Shown here: in pieces, positions 10,008 through 18,481 of the stretch
Numbering within the stretch: the stretch's first letter is position 1
Layout of the letters: each line of letters starts with the position of its first letter
Assembly: GCA_049512935.1 (NCBI GenBank)
Contig: JBEKWR010000010.1
Span: 26,426-90,425, forward strand
From: Candidatus Bathyarchaeia archaeon
Lineage (GTDB): Archaea; Thermoproteota; Bathyarchaeia; Bathyarchaeales; Bathycorpusculaceae
Reading direction: 5' to 3'
Length of the DNA stretch: 64,000 bases
The notes under the pieces: model-generated
Databases searched by the model: none
What the model was told of the DNA's origin: nothing
The model's input: only the letters and a program-made list of their open reading frames with translations
Position numbers and translations under genes: made by a program

Positions 10008-10031
10008 TTGGGTTACCACTCAGTAACCCAA
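10008..10031. promoter_or_regulatory. Perfect 9-bp inverted repeat TTGGGTTAC-N6-GTAACCCAA (operator or terminator)
   Basis: Read directly. It lies between the 3' end of the beta-helix gene and the AT-rich upstream region of the radical SAM gene. Confidence 0.5.
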
Positions 10032-10073
10032 TAAACCAGCTTCTTCGTTTCTACTCTAAAAAAGGGATGAGCG

Positions 10074-11177
10074 CTAACTGTTTTTCTGCAGTCCGAACAG
10101 CCTGTTTCTAAACGCAAAGACGACGATAATGCACGATGCAGCCGCAATGGCTAAAGCAGCAAAAAGAGCCGTTTCCATCATGCTGCCTCTTGGGTTTGGC
10201 GAAGGCTCAGTTAATGACGATGCAGCTTTTGAGATGTTGGCAGGTGCCGTTGCGGAAACGTTTTGGATTTTGGCGGGCGCCATTAGTGGGTAGCGGTCAA
10301 TGATTGTTGGGTTTTGGCGGATTAGGTATGGTGTGTCGCCGACGCCTGACGTGCCTATTTCGGTTGCGTTCGGGTATTTCGCGGCGTAGTCGCTCCAGCA
10401 GTTGCCTACGGAGCCGTTATCCCACGCGGGCAGTGTTCCCTGATCGGCGGGTCCCAGGGCGTCCGAGCTTGTTTCGGCGATTCTTGTGTTTGCGTCGACT
10501 GCGAAGTTGTTCTCGTAGATTTCGTAGCTGATTTCGCCGTAGGTGCCGATGTTGAGGTCAACCGTGTTGTTTGCGAAGTTGTTCTCGGTTATTGTCGCCC
10601 CAAGGCTTGGATAGATCATTACGCCGCCGTAATTGTTAACTATCTGGTTTTGCGAGACAAGATTATTGTTGCCTTTTATGGTGACGGCGTAAATGCTGCT
10701 TGCTAAATAGTTGCCGCTGACATGGTAGCCGTCGGCGTAGATGGCTACGGCGTTCTCGGTTCTGGTGATGTTGTTGTCGATGACGCTGTTGCCGTTGAAG
10801 GCACCCGAGACGCCTGCTTCCCAGCCTGTGATGCTGAAGTTTTGGACTGTTATGTTGCTGCCTCTTAGGTCTATCGCGGCGGTGTCTTCTGCCCCTGCGA
10901 CTCCAGGCGTTCCCCAGCCGCCCGCGCCCTGAAGCGCGAAGCCTTCGCCGTCAAGAACGATGTTGTTGCATGCCACCATGATGGGTACGTCGTAGATGCT
11001 TGCCGTGAAACGGTAAATGTTGCCCTGCCGCTGAATCAGCGTGGTTCCTGGCACTGAACCGTCAGGGTTAATGACGATGGTTCCCGCTGGCTGCGCTTTT
11101 ACGCCGAAACACCCGATTGTTAAAGTCATCAGGCTTATGAAAACGCAAGCAACCATTATCTTCCCGATCGATTTCAT
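10074..11177 (-). CDS. Secreted right-handed beta-helix (NosD/CASH-like) protein with C-terminal membrane anchor
   Basis: Signal peptide, Asn-rich pentapeptide-like repeats, WDNGSVGNCWSDY...GVGDTPY...DRYPLM and a C-terminal TM. Confidence 0.8.
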   Translation of the reverse strand: MKSIGKIMVACVFISLMTLTIGCFGVKAQPAGTIVINPDGSVPGTTLIQRQGNIYRFTASIYDVPIMVACNNIVLDGEGFALQGAGGWGTPGVAGAEDTAAIDLRGSNITVQNFSITGWEAGVSGAFNGNSVIDNNITRTENAVAIYADGYHVSGNYLASSIYAVTIKGNNNLVSQNQIVNNYGGVMIYPSLGATITENNFANNTVDLNIGTYGEISYEIYENNFAVDANTRIAETSSDALGPADQGTLPAWDNGSVGNCWSDYAAKYPNATEIGTSGVGDTPYLIRQNPTIIDRYPLMAPAKIQNVSATAPANISKAASSLTEPSPNPRGSMMETALFAALAIAAASCIIVVFAFRNRLFGLQKNS

Positions 11178-11294
11178 GTTTATCGCTCTTTTTGCATCTG
11201 CATAAAGCAGCATTCGTTCTAATAGCTCTCCTCAAGGAACAAGCCGTTCTTTCAGAAGAACAGCGCTATGGAACCCGTCTACCCTTCGGCAAAA

Positions 11295-12716
11295 TCAAGG
11301 AGGTTTAAGCCAGAATGGTTTGCCACGTAAAAACTCGGTTAGGAACATGGCGAAATCGCCGTTTTTAGCGTAAACTTCGCTTATTTTGCTGTCAACGATG
11401 ACCTTGATGTTTTTGCGGATTGATTCCGCAATGAGGTCCGCCACGCCAGCGTTTTTGCCTCCGTCCACGAGCTTCTCTTTTAAGAGGGCGACAGCATCGG
11501 TTGTTTTCCGCGGCAACATAACCATCCAGCGTCCGTCCTCAACGAAGGGTCCCGAGATAACCTGTGGGTTGCCTGCGTATTTAGTCAGGAAAGATTCGCA
11601 TTCGGGTTCCCGTTCAAGGGGCGGACCGAAGTGCTTTTTGATGTTCGGCAAAACCCGCTGTTCAAGCTCGAAGACGAAGACGCTGAGGGTTTTTTCGTTG
11701 CTCCAAACCGTGTCGTTAAGGATTCTGTAATCGTTGAGCTCGATCATTCTGTGCAGGGCGCGTTTGGTCCTGTAAAGTTGACCCCACATGACGTCTGGGA
11801 CAGCTGGCGCTTGGTCAACCATGAGAAACAGGGTTGATGACCCGCGACTTTCCAGCTGGCTTTTCAGTTTTTTAAGGGGCAGGGCTTTGGTTTTTGGCGG
11901 GTAAAAGAAGGATGTGTCTGGCGTTTTCAGGAACGCTCTTGCCGCGGCGACAAAACTGTAAAGTTTCTCAGGTTGCACTGCGGAGGCAACGTTTCTTCCC
12001 TTGTCCACGGGGTCAACGATGACCAGCGGCTCGGGGAAAAGAAGCGCGAGCTCGTGTTGCCGTTCAGCGTAGTGGTTTCTAATGTCGACTGTTACCCGTT
12101 TGCTGTAGCGGGCAAAAGCCTGCAGGGTTTCGGCGAACGACCCGTAATTCATGATGAGGAGTTCGCAGAGGTACCCGCTGAAGCCGCCGACTTTTATTTC
12201 GGCGCCGTAAACGCCTGTGCCCTGCATGAACTTTTTAAGAAGCCTCACCTCGCCGCGCAGCTCCGTGGTCAAGTGCTGCTTTATGTAGTCAGTGTGATAG
12301 GGCGTTCGGTCAGTGGCGCTTTGCCACTCGCCTAGCTTGGCATCGTAGCAGGGAACGATGTCTACGCGGTAGCCCCCGACCATGACTTCAAGGTAAGGGT
12401 GCTCGGCGAACCGTTCAAGCTGCTCGTAACCCACCGCCGCTTTCTTCGCAATTTTTAAGCCTACGTCGCCGAGGTTTTTCCGCGGTAACTCGGTTGGCAG
12501 GCGCATGAAAATGTCGATGTCAGGGTTCTCGCGTAGCCACGTGTCTTTGGCGACTGAGCCTTCGACACGCACAACCGCTGAGACCCCCTCTTCATTGCAG
12601 GCTAAGGTTACTTTCTGCGTTATCTCTTGGGTGATAGCCTCTACTCTGGCGCGGTCATCTTCTTTCGGCGAAATTTTCCTGAGAATTCGCTTTGTAATTT
12701 CCTGCATAGTCATCAT
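11295..12716 (-). CDS. cca: Archaeal (class I) CCA-adding enzyme
   Basis: GSVAKDTWL..PDIDIF, AEHPY, DIVPC, SATDRTPYH, GVYGAEIKVGGFSGYLCELL, DPVDKGRNVA. Confidence 0.95.
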   Translation of the reverse strand: MMTMQEITKRILRKISPKEDDRARVEAITQEITQKVTLACNEEGVSAVVRVEGSVAKDTWLRENPDIDIFMRLPTELPRKNLGDVGLKIAKKAAVGYEQLERFAEHPYLEVMVGGYRVDIVPCYDAKLGEWQSATDRTPYHTDYIKQHLTTELRGEVRLLKKFMQGTGVYGAEIKVGGFSGYLCELLIMNYGSFAETLQAFARYSKRVTVDIRNHYAERQHELALLFPEPLVIVDPVDKGRNVASAVQPEKLYSFVAAARAFLKTPDTSFFYPPKTKALPLKKLKSQLESRGSSTLFLMVDQAPAVPDVMWGQLYRTKRALHRMIELNDYRILNDTVWSNEKTLSVFVFELEQRVLPNIKKHFGPPLEREPECESFLTKYAGNPQVISGPFVEDGRWMVMLPRKTTDAVALLKEKLVDGGKNAGVADLIAESIRKNIKVIVDSKISEVYAKNGDFAMFLTEFLRGKPFWLKPP

Positions 12717-13291
12717 TTTTGTTCCTGCGCTGGGCAAAACTCTCTAAGCGTTGAGTAAGTTGGACCTTTAGGCGAAAGCTGGCTCCGCTTAAGGCGAAGG
12801 CAATCCGCTTTTATTGTGCCGAACTCGTAATCAGCCTTCTTCGTGACTAGTTCGGCGAGGCGCTGCTTGTTGGCAGCTGACCTTACCCGCGCGATGGTTA
12901 AGTGGGGGCTGAAGCCATGGTCATCCACTGCGAAGCCCAACGCGCGAATCTGCGGCTCCAACTGGGCGTAGATGCTTTTTAGTTGCTCGGCGCCCTCGGT
13001 CATTCCCGCCCAGACAACACGGGGATAGTTGAGGCTGGGAAAGACGCCTAAGCCTTGGAGCTTGATGGTGAACGGGGTGAACTTAACGTTCTTCATTGCC
13101 TCGTGGATTTTGTCCACCATGCCTGGGCTGATGTCGCCGAGGAAACGCATGGTCACGTGGATGTTTTGGGGCTCGACAAGTTTGAGGTCGGCGCCTGTTT
13201 CCCTGAGAAGTTTCTGCGCCGCGGCGAGCCTGCTAAGAACCTGCTCGTTTTCCATGTCAAACGCGATGAAGCTTCGGATTTGCTCGGACAT
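12713..13291 (-). CDS. thpR: RNA 2',3'-cyclic phosphodiesterase (2H phosphoesterase, 2'-5' RNA ligase family)
   Basis: Two HxT motifs (HVTMRFLG, PHLTIAR) and N-terminal RSFIA. Confidence 0.92.
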   Translation of the reverse strand: MSEQIRSFIAFDMENEQVLSRLAAAQKLLRETGADLKLVEPQNIHVTMRFLGDISPGMVDKIHEAMKNVKFTPFTIKLQGLGVFPSLNYPRVVWAGMTEGAEQLKSIYAQLEPQIRALGFAVDDHGFSPHLTIARVRSAANKQRLAELVTKKADYEFGTIKADCLRLKRSQLSPKGPTYSTLREFCPAQEQK

Positions 13292-13505
13292 TTCTGTTCC
13301 CTCTGAATACTTAGCGAACAAGACTCATAAATGCTTTAAGCATTCGCAAGGCGCCTCATGGGCGGTTTGTCCATGCATTTTCCGTTCGGGTTAACTAATC
13401 TCTTTCTTTTCTGCCACAGCAAGCTTTTAGGTGTTCAACGCTTGGTTTGTGCTTCAGATACTTTTTAATGTTAGTTACCGCCATAGAAGCAAAAAAGGGT
13501 TCGCT

Positions 13506-14072
13506 ATGAACGCTGACAAAATAGTGGTTGGACTTGCGGGGATGCCTGGGTCAGGCAAATCCTTGGCGGTTGACGCCGCGCGCGAACTGGGCTACGCAAT
13601 CGTGGTTATGGGCGACGTTGTCAGAGAGGAAACGCTTAAGCGCGGCTTAGAGTTGACCCCCCAGAACGTGGGCAAAGTCATGCTGCAGCTTCGCGCGGAA
13701 GGCGGAAACACCGTGGTCGCCCAGAAATGCATTCCCAAAATCGAGGAGCAAGCGGGCAGCAAGGTTCTAGTCGACGGGTTGCGCAGCCTCTATGAGGTTG
13801 ACGCTTTCAAAGAGCACTTCGCCAAGTTCACGGTTGCAGCTGTGCATGCTTCGCCTGAGACAAGGTTTAACCGCCTGTTTAGCCGCCGCCGAAGCGACGA
13901 CCCCGACGGCTGGGAAGTTTTCCGTGAACGTGACATGCGGGAGCTGAGCGTGGGGTTGGGTAACGTTATAGCGATGGCTGAGCAGTTGATAGTTAACGAT
14001 AATAGTGTTGAAGACGCTAAGGGTGCATTCAAGGAAGCACTCGGGAGGATTGAGGCGAAATGGAGCAAGTGA
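13506..14072 (+). CDS. UPF0200 P-loop kinase-like protein (dephospho-CoA kinase-like)
   Basis: GLAGMPGSGKS, MGDVVREE, DGLRS, RDMREL..GLG. Confidence 0.85.
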   Translation: MNADKIVVGLAGMPGSGKSLAVDAARELGYAIVVMGDVVREETLKRGLELTPQNVGKVMLQLRAEGGNTVVAQKCIPKIEEQAGSKVLVDGLRSLYEVDAFKEHFAKFTVAAVHASPETRFNRLFSRRRSDDPDGWEVFRERDMRELSVGLGNVIAMAEQLIVNDNSVEDAKGAFKEALGRIEAKWSK

Positions 14073-14461
14073 CCGTTCACGCTGAGGCGGAAATTAACCC
14101 GACGGAGGACGAGGAAAAAGTCAAGGCTGCCGTCTGCAACATGCTGGGGAACCCATCCGTAACCATCGCGTCAGAAGGCAAAGGCAGCGTGTTGACGGCT
14201 GAAGCCTCAGGGCAAGATTCTCTGTTTAAATTTCGAAATCTGCTGCGTAATGACAGGATTCGTGACGCCGCCAGAAAAGCCCTGTTTCACAGTATGCGAG
14301 GAAACACCATCAGCTTCTGCCTAAACAAGCAGGTCGCCTATGCTGGGCACATCAGCTTTTCAGAAGAAACAGCGGAGTCGCCCCTAGGACCCATAAGAGT
14401 AACTATCACCAGTGACAATCCAAGGCACCTAATCGAGTGGCTAGCTGAAAAAACCGCGTAG
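14060..14461 (+). CDS. UPF0201 (DUF54) putative RNA-binding protein
   Basis: INPTEDEEKV, IRDAAR, LNKQVAYAG, SPLGPI. It is the usual partner of UPF0200. Confidence 0.85.
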   Translation: MEQVTVHAEAEINPTEDEEKVKAAVCNMLGNPSVTIASEGKGSVLTAEASGQDSLFKFRNLLRNDRIRDAARKALFHSMRGNTISFCLNKQVAYAGHISFSEETAESPLGPIRVTITSDNPRHLIEWLAEKTA

Positions 14462-14477
14462 GCGAGAAGGGCACGGG

Positions 14478-15494
14478 ATGGCTGCAAGGGCGCAGGTGGC
14501 GAAGAACGGTGCGGTTCTGCTAGGTGACAGCGTCGCATGTGACGCCTTCGACGAGCATCGACCCTTGCGGATTGTGACTCACGCGCACGCAGACCACCTT
14601 GGCGGCTTGCGGAAAAGCATCAAGTGCTGCCAAAAAGTTCTGATGACACCAGCCACAAGGGACCTTGCCGAGAAGCTTGATTACACGCTTAAACTGCGGG
14701 GCAACCCGATTGAAACCTTAGAGTACGGCAAAGGCATCGTGTTCGGCGACGAAAAAATCACGCTTTTGAAAGCCGACCACATCTTGGGCGCGGCGCAGGT
14801 GCTGCTTGAGGATGCGGGCGGGATACGAGTTGCCTACAGCGGCGACTTCCGCATTGACGGCACCCCCGTGGTGGAATGTGACGTGCTTGTGGTTGAGGCA
14901 ACTTATGGAAGCCCGTCGTGCAGGCGCAGGTTCAAAGTGGATGTGCGCGAACTCTTCGTTTCCATGGTTGAGAAGCGCCTGCGCGGCGGCGCGGTATACG
15001 TTTTCGGGTACCACGGGAAACTTCAGGAAGCCATGCAGCTTCTAAGAGACGCGGACGTGTCTGTGCCGTTTGTGATGCCTGACCGTGTTTACGAAATCGC
15101 GCAGGTTTGTGAGCGGCATGGGATGCGGTTGGGCGGCATGTCGCTTTCCACGGATGCGGATGGGCGGGAACTTTTGGAGGGCAACCTTCCCTGCGTCGCC
15201 TTCTACCACATGAACGCCCGTGGCAATGTGGGCTTGCGGAACGCGAGGATTTGTCTCAGCGGCTGGGAATTCAGTGCCGCAAGCAGGCAAATCGGCGAGC
15301 GGGAATATTTAGTGGCTTTGAGCGACCACTCGGATTTTGACGGGTTAATCGAGTACGTTAAGCGTTCGAAGGCAAAGCAGGTTATCACCGACAACTACCG
15401 AAGCCAAGGCGCGGTCTTAGCCAAGGAAATCCGCAAGCGCTTAGGCGTCTCCGCGGTGCCGATGCCCCGAACGCCCGGGCAAACCACACTGTAA
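14478..15494 (+). CDS. Metallo-beta-lactamase-fold (beta-CASP-like) exonuclease
   Basis: THAHADH, ADHILGA, YSGDF, VEATYG, LSDHSDF. Confidence 0.85.
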   Translation: MAARAQVAKNGAVLLGDSVACDAFDEHRPLRIVTHAHADHLGGLRKSIKCCQKVLMTPATRDLAEKLDYTLKLRGNPIETLEYGKGIVFGDEKITLLKADHILGAAQVLLEDAGGIRVAYSGDFRIDGTPVVECDVLVVEATYGSPSCRRRFKVDVRELFVSMVEKRLRGGAVYVFGYHGKLQEAMQLLRDADVSVPFVMPDRVYEIAQVCERHGMRLGGMSLSTDADGRELLEGNLPCVAFYHMNARGNVGLRNARICLSGWEFSAASRQIGEREYLVALSDHSDFDGLIEYVKRSKAKQVITDNYRSQGAVLAKEIRKRLGVSAVPMPRTPGQTTL

Positions 15495-15525
15495 AACTGC
15501 ATTCTGCCCCAGTTCTGAGCTTCGT

Positions 15526-16965
15526 TCAGAAAAGCAGTAGGAAAAACCAGAGAGGAATGTACGCGATCTTGTCTTTGAAGTCAAGTTTGTCCTTGGTTAC
15601 GATGATGCTGAACGGGCTTGAATTTTTTTCCGCGAATTCCCGACAGCCTTCTGCGTCTTCAGCCCTTATTTCGCTTTGGTACTTGACTTCGATGGGCACT
15701 GGTTTTTTCCCGTACACTACGACGTTATCCACTTCGCGGTTGTTCTTCCAGTAGTAACAAGTCGGGCGGTAAGAGGGAAACCGAACCGACAGAATTTGAA
15801 GATGGCTATGCACAACGGTTTCAGCGATTAAACCTACATCGCTGGTGTCCAAAAGCGCCTTGGGCGAGTATGTGCCATTAAGGACGTTTCTTACGCCCGT
15901 GTCTGAAATGTATGTTTTCGTGGGGTTTCGAAGTTGCTTGGCTCTATTTTTGGAGTAAATCATGCAGGTGCTGATCAGGAAGACTTCCTCAAGGTACTCT
16001 ATGTATTCGCCGATGGTTTCCTGCTTCATCTTCAGTTTAGGCGACACGCTTGTCTCGGAAAAAAGTTCAGCCGAGTGGTTGGCTAAGTAAAGCAGCAGGT
16101 CTTCCATGTTCTTCGGGTTCCTGATGCCGAAGACTCGCACGATGTCCTTGTAGATTACCAGCTGCAGCAAATCCTTGATGTATTGACCGCATTTCTGGTA
16201 GTCTTCCATCGGGATGAGCTCTATATAGCCGCCTTTGATCATGAATTCGGAAAGCAAATTCTCTATCTGCCTCTGACAAGAACCCAGTTTGGCGTATGAC
16301 TCTTTAAGGTTCTTTGACAGCGGACCTATGTCGTTGTTTTCCAACGCTGCCTTCAAGCTTTCCTGCAGCGCCGAGCTTAGCTTGACCAGTTCGCCGTTTA
16401 CGTTCTTGAAGTTAAGATAGTCCGCGAAAGTGAGGGTTGAAATCAGATTCAACGATATTCTCCCAGCGAGAGACTCGGAACTGCCCCGCGTGACTCCCGC
16501 CGCAGACGAGCCGCTTATGATGAATTTGACGTTGTATCCTTTGTCATAGAAGGATTTGAGGGTCTCACTCCATCTGTCTACGTGCTGGATTTCGTCAAGA
16601 AAGATGTAGGTTTTTCCTTCAAGGTTTGCCAAGTCTTTGCCCAAAATGTGCTTGCTGTAGACGTCGATTAATCGGTATATGAGCGGGGGATTTTGCGTTT
16701 CAGCTTCAAACAGCGGTTCGTCAAGCTGCGCAAAGAGGATGTTCTTCGGGTTGGTTCTTTCGTCCAGTAACTGCTTTATCAACTGCTTCATCAGCACGGA
16801 CTTGCCGACTCGTCTGGGACCGATTATCGCCGTTATCTGTTTGTCCTTCAGGGCGGTCCAAAGGGACAAGAATTCCCTTCGCTTTTTGGAGGGCACCGTT
16901 AACCTTTTTTCTTCCCACCAAGGGTTGAGGCTGTAGAGGATTTTCAGTGTCTCTAAATCATCCAT
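15526..16965 (-). CDS. AAA_14 ATPase with C-terminal DUF4143 (PD-(D/E)XK-like) domain
   Basis: NPWW, GPRRVGKS, FLDEIQ, SGSS, KTYISDTG, EVD...PIEVKY. Confidence 0.88.
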   Translation of the reverse strand: MDDLETLKILYSLNPWWEEKRLTVPSKKRREFLSLWTALKDKQITAIIGPRRVGKSVLMKQLIKQLLDERTNPKNILFAQLDEPLFEAETQNPPLIYRLIDVYSKHILGKDLANLEGKTYIFLDEIQHVDRWSETLKSFYDKGYNVKFIISGSSAAGVTRGSSESLAGRISLNLISTLTFADYLNFKNVNGELVKLSSALQESLKAALENNDIGPLSKNLKESYAKLGSCQRQIENLLSEFMIKGGYIELIPMEDYQKCGQYIKDLLQLVIYKDIVRVFGIRNPKNMEDLLLYLANHSAELFSETSVSPKLKMKQETIGEYIEYLEEVFLISTCMIYSKNRAKQLRNPTKTYISDTGVRNVLNGTYSPKALLDTSDVGLIAETVVHSHLQILSVRFPSYRPTCYYWKNNREVDNVVVYGKKPVPIEVKYQSEIRAEDAEGCREFAEKNSSPFSIIVTKDKLDFKDKIAYIPLWFFLLLF

Positions 16966-16997
16966 GGTTCACTGAGTGTTAAAACAACCTTTTAAAA

Positions 16998-17056
16998 TTT
17001 GCCCCTTCATGAAGGGGTGAAAATGGCAGATTTTGCCCCTTTACGGAGGGGTGAAA
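16998..17056. repeat. Two tandem imperfect palindromes (25 bp, 34-bp period)
   Basis: TTTGCCCCTTCATGAAGGGGTGAAA (16998-17022) and TTTGCCCCTTTACGGAGGGGTGAAA (17032-17056). Confidence 0.8.
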
Positions 17057-17170
17057 TACGGCGTTTTCTGGGGAGCCACGCCTTTGCTGGCTGCCGAAGA
17101 TTTATTTGCCTAAAGTTTAAAAGTGAAAAACGGAACTATCTCAAGCTACGAGAAGACGGAGCAACAGAAA

Positions 17171-18442
17171 ATGACTAAGACATCCGTGATTTCAGGATTC
17201 TACAAGTTTCCGCTTAAAGAGCGGCTGAGCATCGTTAAGGACTTCGCGGGCTTAACCGACGACGAAGTCGCTTTGCTGGAGAACACGGGCGCAGTTGCGT
17301 TCGACACCGTGAACCACATGGTGGAAAACGCTATCGGCGTCTTCCCTGAACCGCTTGGTTTGGCGGTGAACTTCCAGATTAACGGCAAAGACTACCTTAT
17401 CCCGATGGCGACTGAGGAGCCCAGCGTGATTGCCGCCGCCTGCTACGCCGCGAAAATGGTCCGTGACGGAGGAGGCTTCCACACCAGCAGCACCGCACCC
17501 GTGATGATTGGACAGGTGCAAGTGGTTGGCTTAAAAGACGCTGAGGAAGCGAAAAACCAAGTTCTAGCCGCCAAAGCAGAGATTCTGAAGAAAGCCAACG
17601 ATCAAGACCCAGTGTTGAACTCTTTCGGTGGCGGAGCAAAAGACTTAGGCGCCAAAGTCATCGACACAACCTTGGGGCAAATGCTGATTGTCGAGTTGTA
17701 CGTTGACTGCCGTGATGCAATGGGCGGAAACGCCGTTAACACCATGGCTGAAGCAGTGGCGCCCCAAATCGAGCAGTTAACTGGCGGTCACGTTTACCTG
17801 CGCATCATCTCCAACCTCGCAACTAAGCGGATGGCAAAGGCATGGTGCACCGTTCCCAAAGAGGCGCTGGGCGGAGAAGCGGTGGTTGACGGAATCGCCT
17901 ATGCCTCTGCCTTCGCCGCTGCTGACCCTTACCGTGCAGCTACACACAATAAGGGTGCAATGAACGGCATCATCGCGGTGGTTCTTGCAACAGGCAACGA
18001 TCACAGAGCCATTGAAGCTGGAGCCCACGCCTACGCCGCGTTGAAGGGACCCTACACGAGCATTTCGAAATGGACGAAAAACGCGGACGGCAACTTGGAA
18101 GGCGTGATCGAGTTGCCTATGGCTGTCGGCTTGATAGGCGGCGCAGTGAAAACGCATCCCGTAGCTCGGGTAGCCATGAAGATACTGGGCGTTAAGACAG
18201 CCAACGAGTTCGCGGAGGTCTTAGCTGCGGTAGGCTTAGCCCAGAACCTTGGTGCATTGCGTGCTTTGGCGAGCGAGGGAATCCAGCGTGGGCACATGTC
18301 GCTTCACGCGAGAAACATCGCTATAACGGCTGGCGCGAAGGATGAAATGGTTGATTTGGTGGCTGAACGCATGGTTAAGGAACGCAAGGTCCGAGTTGAC
18401 CGGGCAAAAGAAATCATTGACGAACTAAGCGGCAAGAAGTAA
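17171..18442 (+). CDS. mvaA: Class II (bacterial-type) HMG-CoA reductase
   Basis: MVENAIG, PMATEEPSVIAA, DAMGGN, RAATHNKG, EGIQRGHMSLH. Confidence 0.92.
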   Translation: MTKTSVISGFYKFPLKERLSIVKDFAGLTDDEVALLENTGAVAFDTVNHMVENAIGVFPEPLGLAVNFQINGKDYLIPMATEEPSVIAAACYAAKMVRDGGGFHTSSTAPVMIGQVQVVGLKDAEEAKNQVLAAKAEILKKANDQDPVLNSFGGGAKDLGAKVIDTTLGQMLIVELYVDCRDAMGGNAVNTMAEAVAPQIEQLTGGHVYLRIISNLATKRMAKAWCTVPKEALGGEAVVDGIAYASAFAAADPYRAATHNKGAMNGIIAVVLATGNDHRAIEAGAHAYAALKGPYTSISKWTKNADGNLEGVIELPMAVGLIGGAVKTHPVARVAMKILGVKTANEFAEVLAAVGLAQNLGALRALASEGIQRGHMSLHARNIAITAGAKDEMVDLVAERMVKERKVRVDRAKEIIDELSGKK

Positions 18443-18481
18443 CCGCAGTCATTTGGCGCAGCGAATGCTGATCCGTAAAGG

